Shown piece after piece: positions 39,901 to 51,900 of a DNA stretch of 64,000 nt (the stretch's first letter is position 1; each line of letters opens with the position of its first letter). The position numbers and the translations under genes were made by a program. Source of the stretch: Obrimoposthia wandeli (Eukaryota); the NCBI GenBank assembly GCA_977020255.1, contig CDROCS010002120.1, positions 1-64,000 on the forward strand. Direction: 5' to 3'. The notes under the pieces are model-generated. The model ran no database searches. It saw nothing but the letters and a program-made list of their open reading frames with translations, and had not been told where the DNA came from.

Positions 39901-42900
39901 AGAAAAAACTCACATATTTCGTTTACAAAAGAAGTTGATCATGAAAAATCAATCGAAGTTGTGATTGGGTTTGATAGTAAAGGAAAATTCTATTACAATT
40001 GTATAGATAAAGAAGTGAAAGTAATATATGAAAAAAACAAAGTCAGATTTTAAAATTGATTAAAATTTAAAACATTTAAAACCTATTCAACTTATATTTG
40101 GATCTGATAGAGAAGCTCTTAAATTTGGTTTTGACAGTGGACATGTAGTAGGTATGAAGAGATCTGATATAGCCTCATCTAAATCGTTTAAAAATGTTCT
40201 TGATAAAGTAACAAGAGTGTTTTTAGTTGAAACGAGACCAAAGTATGTAGTGGAACTGAAAACGTTTTCAAAAGATTATAAAATAGATAGTGAAGTGAAT
40301 TTCTGTAAATTAATACAGAAGGAATGTAGTGAATATTTGGATAAATGTGAAACATTAAATGGTAAATTAACGTTTACAGTAAAGAGCAATATAAAACGAG
40401 TTTCATTTGATGATAAACTCGCTAAAAACCTTGGTTTAAACAGAAATACCTTTGAAACCCATACAATAAAAACCATAAAAGCTAAAAAATAAGGCAAAAC
40501 TTTTAAATGCTGTTAATCATTTATATATTTATATTAATTTAATAGAACCAACGCTTGTAGGAGGACAGCGAGTTCCACTTTTGAGAACAATATGGATATC
40601 TAAAAATGAAACTAGAGATGGGGACGCTGTCGGTATGTGTATAGATCAACCAATGTATCTTCCAGTTTCTGTCTTTTCTATAAACAATATTGAAGTAAAT
40701 ATTAGAGATGATTCCAGACAACTAATAGATTTCACGTATGGGGCCAAGACAAGTTTAACAATACATTTAAGAAAACAAAATGGCGAATCCAGCAATAATT
40801 GAAGCTTATAGTCAAAGCCAACAAGGTGGAGAATTACCATATTTTGTTGGCAAACAATATGGATCTGGCTGGCTTAGAACATTAGGTAGATTTGCCTTTC
40901 CTTTTTTAAAGAGACTCGGGCGATTTATATCAAAATTAGGAAAGGATTACCTTTCATCAAAGGACAACAAACTAATACCAACTTTTAAGAAGCATGCGCT
41001 TGATGAACTTGATAATGTTTTACCTGAAGTTGCTAATTTGATTAGAAAACGTAAATCAAATAAAAGCCAAGGAGGTAGTGGATTTAAAAGTAAAAAGAAG
41101 CTAAAAATTAATATAAACAAACGTAAGAAAGTTAAAGGAACAATATTTGCAAAATGAGTTGCGCCAAAACAGAATTGTGTATTTTTGATAAACCACTCCC
41201 ACAAGTAGTTGTAGATAATGCTTCCTTTGAAGAAATATTCCTAGTTAACTCAGTTTCAGGAACCACTTTAACCGATTTAGAATTTAATATTAATGGTTCC
41301 AATAGCGAGTATTTAGATTTGAATGATACTTTGCTTTATGTTCAAATAAAAGTATTAAATCGGGATGGTGCTAATTTAGATGAAAATGCCGATGTAACAC
41401 CTGTAAATTATCTCTTTAATTCTTTATTTAATGATGCCATTGTTACTCTTAATAATGTCAAAATTGAAGGTGGAAATTTTTCCTATGCTCATAAAGCTTT
41501 GATTGAAAGTCTTTTGAATTATAGTACTGATACTCAAAATACTAATTTGGCAACCATTGGTTATGATAAAACTGTTGCAACTCGCAAAGAATGGATTGCA
41601 GGTTCTGAAGCTTACGAAATGTGTGGGTCTTTGAGATTGAATTTCTTTGAACAACTGAAATATTTAATTCCCGGTGTTAATGTACATCTTCGTTTGAAAC
41701 GTAATAAATGTAATTTTTCTTTGATAAGCACGGACATTCTAAAACCTAGACTTGATATTTTGGATGCAAAATTGTATGTTCGAAGAGTTAAAACCGAGCA
41801 ATCAGTTTTAATGGCACATAATATAGGAATGGAAAAAAACAATGCTTGTTATTCTATTAGAGAAACTAAACTTATATCTTATTCTTTAGGTACGGTAACA
41901 CAAGCTTTTAATAAGGATCAAAGTTTTGGTGATGTAAGATTACCGAAATTCATTTTAATTTCTTTTCAAAAAACGGCAAAGTTTCTAGGAAATTATACGA
42001 CAGATACAACTCAATTTGACAATCTTAGTGTAGGTTCAGTGACACTTTCAAGAAATACTGATTATCGTGAAACATATAAAACAGATTTCGAAGGTAACGC
42101 TTATGCTTTGGCTTATACGCAATCTATTATTCGGAATTTGGGCCAACTAGATAAAAATATAAACAATGGTATTTCTTTCATTGAGTTTAAAAGCAGCTGC
42201 CCGTTCTTCACATTCGTTTTGGCACCAGACTTTGATATAAACCAATGCCAACTACCAAAGGATGGAAATTTACGACTAGAAATTAAGTTCAATGCAGCTT
42301 TAACAAATCCTACTACGGTGCTTATTTACGGAGTGTTTGATTCCGAAATACAAATCAATAAAAACAGAACTGTCATATTATAGAATGAAGTAAGACATTT
42401 TTTCAATTTATATTTATAAATTTTTATTTAATTCAAAACAAGTAAAAGAATCAGCAGAGAAGGTCCTGGGTGATAAATTCAATGGAGTTTATCCTATTGA
42501 TATGATTCCATTTTTTCAATCTGGAGGTTACATTATCAATACCCATACTTCGAATTTACCAGGAGAACATTGGATAGCTATTTATGTTAGAGAGTGGACA
42601 ATACATGTATTTGATCTACTTGCAATGTATTATCCACACAAACTTGTTTCGACTATTTAAAAAGGACGAAGAAGAGTATTTTACAACAAGATACAATATC
42701 AAGATCCTGCGACGAGAAACTGTGGACATTTATGTATTTTATGGTTATCGTTGCAAAACGATTAGAATGTTATAAAAATAAATATTTTTAATGTTTTATT
42801 TTGAATTATTTTTTAAATTTCTAAAAATATAAGGGTAAAATAATAAAAGACATAAGACGAAATTTTTTTAATACATTTATTAATCACAACATCACAATGA

Positions 42901-45900
42901 GATATGTCAGCAAAGATAAGGTCCATCCTAAAAATGTATTGAAATAACAAATAAGTTAGAGTCTAGGTGCCATAGGGATCTAAAATTTTAAAAAACTAAA
43001 CTAAAAAAATCAAATAAATGAAAACCGTTTAAATTCTGAAGTGTCCATAAGCCAGGCTAGCGTTCTTTTCTACCCAAAAGCTCTTGTCGTCATTACTACT
43101 CAAAGCGATTTTGATTGATTTATGGGAATACAGTTGATGGGCTCTTGAAATAAATCTAGTTTGCTCAACGCTTTCAATACACCCAGTATCATAAACTTTC
43201 CGGTAGGCCTCATGTGTAAGATTGTTTCTTCCCACACCCTTTGCTCTCATTGAACATGTATTATTAGATGCATGTAAACTGTAGCATTTAGGGCGTAGGA
43301 AAATACAATCATCATACGAAACCTGTCCCTCGCTTTCATCCTTAAATTTCCCGATAATGTCCTTTAAACTCATAGAGTGTAGAGGATAGTTAGTGGGATA
43401 TTTATGGGTATCTAGTAAGTTGTCCCTAAACATTGCTGGTAATAATTGATTATTTAAACAAAAATTCCTACATTCTAAAAAGAAAGAGTCAGTGTCCCAG
43501 GCCGCGATTTTGATCTCACAATTAAATTCTTGTCGGTATTTCTCCAATTCTATGTATAACCTATATAACTCGGTCGATCGAGACAAATACTCTGTTTTCC
43601 TAATAACACTGCTACCAAGTCATCTGCAATTGTAAAACTACGCTTGAAGTTGTACTTGCTAGTATATGTTATTAGTTTACGCTCATCATTGCAAAACCGT
43701 AGACAAATACGTTTCCGCAAGTCCTCTACAGTTTTTCCAAAGAGACTATTACTTTTTAACTTGTAAAAATCTCGATCGAATTTGCTAGTGGCTAAATTAC
43801 ATTTTCTTGAATTCTTCTCAATATAGTCTTTAAACACAAAGTTTTGACTGAAGCTTATAGCACGATGAATTCGAGTAACTTTCGCTCCCAACTTTAAGTA
43901 GAATTGAAGAAGCCGCCAATGCACAACATAATTCAACTTGTCTTCATGGGTTAACAATAATTTCTTAACCTTTGAATTAGGTGGGCATTGATGAACAGGC
44001 GCTACTGGAAGATCATCTAATTTATCATGCACATTGGGAGGGATTTTTATGTCCACCTCAACCAAATAGCCGACGTCGGATGAAACTAAATCAACAGTAG
44101 CCAAATCTGTCATCAACTTATTCAACTGATCCACATCATAAACCCACTTAAAGTTGGCATGAGGTAGAGGTTGAGTAAGCGCCCACCCATACAAATTATT
44201 AATATCGATGTACAGAATCTCCGTGGATTGATTTTTGACAACATGATGTTTGTTGACAAAAGTCATTCCACCGCGTATACCATAATCATACATTTGATAC
44301 ATCGCGGGATCTTGCAGTAACTTGATATTAATTTTAAGAGTTTTTATTGCTGTTGCCCATGAAAGACCAGGTAAACTAAAGAAATGTATGGGATCTAGCC
44401 CATCTTCTGTTAAAGATTTTACACGAAAGGACTCAAAAACATCAGCTATAAGATAAATGTCTAACTTCATATAATAAAGCATATATTCTAAAAGATTTCG
44501 ACAATTATTCACCCAAAATGTACGGGCCTCATTATAGTCTTGAAGACTTACATCCTCAAATTCAGTTATGGGTGGGATTTCAGTTGTATTTTCTAAATCT
44601 GCAAAAGTTTTCGCAAATTTATACGGAAAAATCCCCTTATCGTTAACCGAAGCTGGGAACACTGACTGTGTAATTGGCCATGCATTTAAAGATGCCGTTA
44701 AATTATTTAAAGAACCACTCAAAAACTGCAGAGAATCTATGAATCTTAAACTGCAGAATTCAGTATATGCAGTTAAAGATAAATATTTCTCTGAAGTTTG
44801 AGGTATACATAAAATTTCCCAAGAGCTTAATGTACCCAACGCGTATTTAAGTATATGATGCAAATCATATCCTTTGAGGTTATGAAACACGATGGGAATG
44901 AGTGGTTTTTTAGGGAGACGACGGCCAAGGTTACAAAGGTTGCACGCCGCTTCCAAGTATCGCCCCGTAACATGATCGTGATCTCTGACTAACTTAGACT
45001 GGGTTCCACACAAATAACATAATCTACAAGAATTAAAATTAACCCAGTATATGCCTGTCATGATCATTGCTTGATGAGCATTGAGATCATACCACGGTTT
45101 GACAATTGTTGTTCCTAATTCCTCTAATTTTAACATAAAATCTAAAATACAATTTGGACCGGAAAATTTATGATACTGGGTAATATTGGTATTTCGCGAG
45201 CCTGTATTTATTACACGTTGATCCACTGCGGGTCCGGAGGGCACGCTTTGGCCAATTTTTTGGCCTCTCAGGACCTTAATCAAAATTTTGAGAGCATTTT
45301 GAGATTTTTAAATTTAAAGGGTGTTATATGGAGTTAATTATTTTTTTGAGTGTTTGGGAGGGGAGGGTAGAAAGTTTTTCTACACACCTACACGAAATTT
45401 CACTCCACACACATGCACGGTTTTAAAGGACAGTAGGGGGGAGGGGGTGTGGATTAGACCGGACACATCCACCTACTATTATGGATTTATAATACAAACT
45501 CTGCCCCATGTGTGCGTGTCTGAGTGCCTCCTATTGTAGTCAACTAAACAGTTTTCATGGCATCACTTATTTTTGTAGGATTCTGATTTTATTATAAAGT
45601 ATTTATATTGTGTTAGCATTTTCTTATAGTTCACCCCTTGTTTAACAATTTCAGTATTCATTAACTCGAATAAATATGGTCGAGTTTAGAAAATCGGATC
45701 TACAATAAATGTATACATATATGTGTCTTTTTCAATGTTTTGTATACAATTTTGTATGTTTGTAATCTAAATTATGTCTACTATATCGGGTAATTTCTAC
45801 ATATATTTTCGCGTACAGATTCTACATGCATTCCAAACTGGCAACAGATTGACTACAACATCGACAGAAGTAATTTCCACAACCCGCGGTACAGTTTCCT

Positions 45901-48900
45901 CGTCCAGATTCGTGCGAGCGTGGCATTGTCTCCATATTGGTGTGCTGGAACTATTATTCAAGATAACTGGATCCTGACTTCGGCAAGCTGCTTCTCGTGA
46001 GTTCAATTTGCTCTCTACCCGCTCCCAATAATCGATTCTCGAACTCTGGAATCAACTGATCGCACCCGAGCGCTCTCTACCAAATTATTGTTCAGGCTGT
46101 CACACACAATGTAGACATAAATGACAGGGCCGTAGGGTGTACCAGACAGATTCCCATACATTCGATGATAATGATGCACCGAAGTTCTGTTATCATTATT
46201 GACTCAGCATCTTGTAGTATTTGAAAGATGTTTCAACAGCATTTCCGTAGATTTCGCTGGAATCATCATGGCTTGTGAAACAGCAGTTTTCTGATGAGAT
46301 CACGTAAGGTCACAACAAGATCACACAAGCAGAACTACAACCGACCAATTTTAAAAGTGATTAAATGAATGCGCTTGCTAGTCATTTAGTCACAACTGAA
46401 TAAGAGAGATTGTGGTTGTGATCGCTACTAGTAAAATATGTGTATGTGTCAACTGCTAATTGATAAATTAAGTAAGTTTGTCAATGTATCTGCTTTCAAC
46501 AATTTGTAAACATGTATTTTACATGTATGATTTGTTATATCCATTATTTTACAGGATTATTATATGCTTTTCCAATACTCAACTCTATGTAGCTAATCTA
46601 TCAACAGAAGATACAGTCTTCATTAATTCAAATGAGATATTGTTAATCTCAACAACAAAAAATATTTTATAGATTTTCATCTATTTAAGGTTCCATAGAG
46701 ATTAGAGATGGGTATTCAATGTTTCTTCATTTCATGACAGTGAGTGCATAATTATTATTTTCTTCTGTTTAAAGAATAGTCTATGTATACAGGTGTCTCA
46801 GAAACTCTATCTTTAAATCATCTGAAATAAAAAATAATGGCTGAGTTAAGAAAACGTTGACAGATTAAAATTATCATTAGCTCCTTTGTAATGATATGTT
46901 ATAAGGTTCTTTTTTGTGGAAAAGGTAGATGTGTAATTCTTATAATAAAATACTATAATTTGTTTAAATAATCGTAAAATTACAAAATTTCCTCACAAAA
47001 TTGATTGTGCAAAAACTGTTTCGGAGTTTTATTCATTCAATCGCGACGATAGTAAATAATAAGTAATGTTCAAGTGTAGAAAAACATTCAAGGAATTTCC
47101 AATATTAAGAAAAATATAATGAACAAGTGATATAGCTTAGGTTTCTGGTCGTCTATCAAAACTTTCTCAGAAACAACAAATTGAACTTGTTATTTTGGTT
47201 GACCATCGTACTGGAATTTTTCAGCAGAAACTGGCCAGTATAATTCAAATGTTCTCAGAAAACAATTGGAAACAATCTGAAAATAAATTTTATCACGCCA
47301 AGAAAGTGTACCAAAGCCCCTAAGTCATCTGTAGCTCAACAAAAAAGACAATCCACATATCTCCCCACAAGTACATTATATTAGAAACTATTTTTGAAAT
47401 TCTGAAACGTGTTTATGAAAACAATTGGAGCGCAGAACATAGACAGCAGCTAGATAATTGTATTAAAAGAGTTTCAAAAAAATGCATTTTCTGTATACCA
47501 AAACTTACTAAATAAATATTTGCAAAGCAATTAACGGTGGATTGTAAAATTTGGAATAAATATACGGTTTGAAAGCTATTTCATTATTATAATGAATGAA
47601 ATCGTTTCTGTAGAGCTATAATATATGTTTAACTTTTGACAAGGTTTTTTACTCAAACTTTATTTTCAAAAGCTGTAAAGAAAAGAATACGGATGAAAAA
47701 CAAGCTTACGAAAATATGAAATAAAAATTCAGTCTTATTTGAATATTTCAAATGATCGACTTTTTAATTTACGATATAATTTAAATTAATACAAACAGTT
47801 TATCGTTTATTAAAATTGTTATTCTTAAATTAAAATAGATGTTATTCTTGTATACAAATATATAAAAATATATGATGTAAATGCTGCAAAATTGATAAAT
47901 TAAGATTATTTGAATAATAATGAAATATAACTAAAAAATCAAAATACAAATCGAGTACTTTTATATGTTTATTAAGGTAGCAAGTAGGTTATAAAACCAT
48001 TTTCACGCTTTCTAATATGCAACTACAGTAGGTAGAAGGATGGAGTCTAGATCACTTGACCCCCCCCTAAAGGGTGTCACACCATAAGAATGTCTCGCCA
48101 CACCATAAGGGTATATGTTGCCTCACCTCCGGTGACCCAACATATACCCTTATGGTATGGCAAGACACCCTTATGGTATGACACCCTTTAGGAGGAGGCG
48201 GGAGGCGAGGAGGGGTAGCGGGGAGGGGTCAAGTGATCTAGACTCCATCCTTCTTTGATATACCACTATGATCGTCCATAGTTTAAAGGGTCAAGTGGCT
48301 TAGTCTCCACCCTTCTTTTTGTGATATACCACTATGAAAGGGTCAAGTGGCTTAGTCTCCACCCTTCTTTTTGTGGTCTAGTCTCCACCCTTCTTTTTGG
48401 TTAACCACTAATTCAAAGGGTCAAGTGGCTTAGTCTCCAACCTTCTTTTTGTGGTCTAGTCTCCACCCTTCTTTTTGGCTAACTACTAATTCAAAGGGTC
48501 AAGTGGCTTAGTCTCCACCCTTCTTTTTTGTGATCTAGTCCATAATGAAAATTTATGATAAAGTTCACTCTTATCAATTAAGAAATGTGGTTTTTAACAC
48601 ACACATACACTATTTTATGTGAAATTTAAACTAAAGTTCACTCTTATAAGTTAATGAATGTATTACGTAATCACACACATACTATTTTATGTGAAATTTA
48701 GATCAAAGTTTTTCCTAGGTTTACACATTTATAGAATTATGATAAAATTTCTTTAAATAACTTCAATTATATATTAAAATAAAAAATAAAATAAGAAAGA
48801 AGTCAGAGAATAATACAAAATTAAACACATTTATTATGTAATTTCATAATATCATCTTCAAACTTAAGTGAATAACATTTACAAAGTAAGAAAGTCCATT

Positions 48901-51900
48901 CTTTATACATTCTTTTCGTTTCAACGACTAAGTTACAACGGAATTAATAGAAAATTAGTAAAAATATTAATTTATTTGAATATTTGAATGAGAGTTTGAA
49001 TAAATGAGAGGTAGAATGAATGTAAATGAATAAAATTATGCATGCAAGTATGAATGTCATTTACAAGTAAGAGTCTTAGCAAGTGAATGTAATTTAAAAA
49101 AAAAAAATAAGAGTGTCGAGAGTTTGATTGAATGCAAGTATAATTTAGACTATAAGTAAATTAAAATAGAGTTTTCGTTGAATAAATTATAGTTAGATTG
49201 AATGCAAGTATGAATGCAAGTGATTGATAGTATGAATTTCAATACAAGTAAGTGTCTTAGCAAGTGAATGTAATTTAAAAAATAAGAGTGTCGAGAGTTT
49301 GATTGAATGCAAGTGAAATTTAGACTATAAGTAAATTAAATAGAGTTTTCGTTGAATAAATTATAGTTAGATTGAATGCAAGTATGAATGCAAGTGATTG
49401 ATAGTATGAATTTCAATACAAGTAAGTGTCTTAGCAAGTGAATGTAATTTTAAAAATAAGAGTGTCGATAGTTTGATTGAATGCAAGTGTAATTTAGACT
49501 ATAAGTAAATTAAAATAGAGTTTTTGTTGAATAAATTATAGTTAGATTGAATGCAAGTATGAATGCAAGTGATTGATAGTATGAATTTCAATACAAGTAA
49601 GTGTCTTAGCAAGTGAATGTAATTTTAAAAATAAGAGTGTCGATAGTTTGATTGAATGCAAGTGTAATTTAGACTATAAGTAAATTAAAATAGAGTTTTC
49701 GTTGAATAAATTATAGTTAGATTGAATGTAAATGAATACAAGTATACATTCAAGTGAATGCAAATACGAGTAAGAGTTTCAGCAAGTAAATATAAAACTA
49801 TGAATGAGTGACAGTGAAAATAAGAGTGTCGATAGTTTGATTGAATGAGAGTGTAATTTAGACTAGAAATAAATTAAAATAGAGTTTTAGTATCAATAAA
49901 GTTATGTTAAGTTACAGTTAGATTAATAACAAGTAAGCAACTATAGGAAGCAGTGATATTGAAGTATGTTAAAAATTAGAACGACTAAGTTATGGCAAGA
50001 TTAATAGAAAACAACACCAAATTTGATAGTATGAATGAAAATTAGTAAAATATTAATGTATTTGAATGTATTTGAAAGATAGTTTGAATAAATTACAGTT
50101 AGATTGAATGCAAATGAATGCAAGTATGATTGAATGCAGGGTCAAGTACAAGTAAGAAAGAATACGCAATATGCAAGTACGAATGTCAATTATGAATGAA
50201 AATTAGTAAATATATTAATGAATTTGAATAATTAAAATGTCTTTACAAATTTAGTAAATTAACTCAACAACAATTTTTTTTTTAATTATTTGATATTTTT
50301 GCCATTGTCTTATTAATATAATATGAATATTCAATTTATTTCTTCAAAAATTCATTTTATATGTTAAATAATATTCTTTATCACATTATTGTGGTTTTTA
50401 TCAAGTGATTTTAACCTTAAACTATAAAAATATTTTAATTATAAAGTTAGTTGCTGTACCCCACCCACTGCATATAACATAAATTTCAAATATAAAGTAC
50501 TATTAAGTTTATTATTTCGAATAGTAAATGTTTTTTTTCGAGTTATTTAATTTTGTTTACTAGACATTCGAAAATTTACTTGTAAACTACAATATTTATT
50601 TGTTGTTGTATATATTTAGTTTAAAATGTTGTAAGTTATTACTTTAATATAATTTTCAACAAAAACTTCAAGTAGTTTACTTATTAAACATAAGTTTAAT
50701 GTTTTGTACAATAAATTGACTTGTAAACATAAATTATTTTGATATATTTTCAATTTAATATGTTGTAAGTTATTACTTTAATATAATTTACAACAAAAAC
50801 TTCAAGTAATTTACTTGTAAACTACAATATTTATTTGTTGTTGTATATATTCAGTTTAAAATGTTGTAAGTTATTACTTTAATATAATTTTCAACAAAAA
50901 CTTCAAGTAGTTTACTTATTAATCATAATATTAATGATTTGATCAATAAATTGACTTGTAAACATAATATAATTTGTATATTTTCAATTTAATATATTGT
51001 AAGTTATTACTATAATATTACATTACATAAAAAAAAGTAATTGATAGTTTACTATCGTTTACAATAAATTGACTTGTAAACATAATATATTTATGCATAT
51101 ATTCACTTTAATATGTTGTAAGTTATTACTTTATTATAATTTTCAACAAAAACTTCAAGTAGTTTACTTATTAAACATAAGTTTAATGTTTTGTACAATA
51201 AATTGACTTGTAAACATAATTTATTTTGGTATATTTTCAATTTAATATGTTGTAAGTTATTACTTTAATATAATTTACAACAAAAACTTCAAGTAATTTA
51301 CTTGTAAACTACAATATTTATTTGTTGTTGTATATATTCAGTTTAAAATGTTGTAAGTTATTACTTTAATATAATTTTCAACAAAAACGTCAAGTAGTTT
51401 ACTTATTAATCATAATATTAATGATTTGATCAATAAATTGACTTGTAAACATAATATAATTTGCATATTTTCAATTTAATATATTGTAAGTTATTACTAT
51501 AATATTACATTACATAAAAAGTAATTCATAGTTTACTGTCGTTTACAATAAATTGACTTGTAAACATAATATATTTATGCATATATTCACTTTAAAATGT
51601 TGTAAGTTATTACTTTAATATAATTTACAACAAAAACTTCAAGTAATTTACTTGTAAACTACAATATTTATTTGTTGTTGTATATATTCAGTTTAAAATG
51701 TTGTAAGTTAATACTTTAATATAATTTACAACCAAATCTTCAAGTAATTTACTTATTAATCATAATTTTAATGATTTGATCAATAAATTGACTTGTAAAC
51801 ATAATATAATTTGCATATTTTCAATTTAATATATTGTAAGTTAATACTGTAATATTTCATTACATAAAAAGTAATTCATAGTTTACTGTCGTTTACAATA

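Larger units (their letters stand above)
34957..45477 (+). mobile_element. Polinton/Maverick (adintovirus-like) copy B, complete with termini, ~10.5 kb
   Basis: 6 bp TSD ATTATG (34951-34956; 45478-45483); TIRs starting AGTAGG (34957-35053 / 45382-45477); pPolB, INT, ATPase, PRO, MCP and mCP all present. Confidence 0.97.

Noticed and set aside
37125-41842. Antisense/alternate ORFs over Polinton genes (37125, 38323, 40276, 40947, 41424, 41612, 44568 etc.)
   Set aside because: Shadows of recognisable viral genes, with alternative start codons and no motifs.
48285-48540. CRISPR-like repeat-spacer pattern
   Set aside because: Eukaryotic context, no cas genes, spacers contain partial repeat copies, and the array is mirrored in the opposite arm; these are subterminal repeats.
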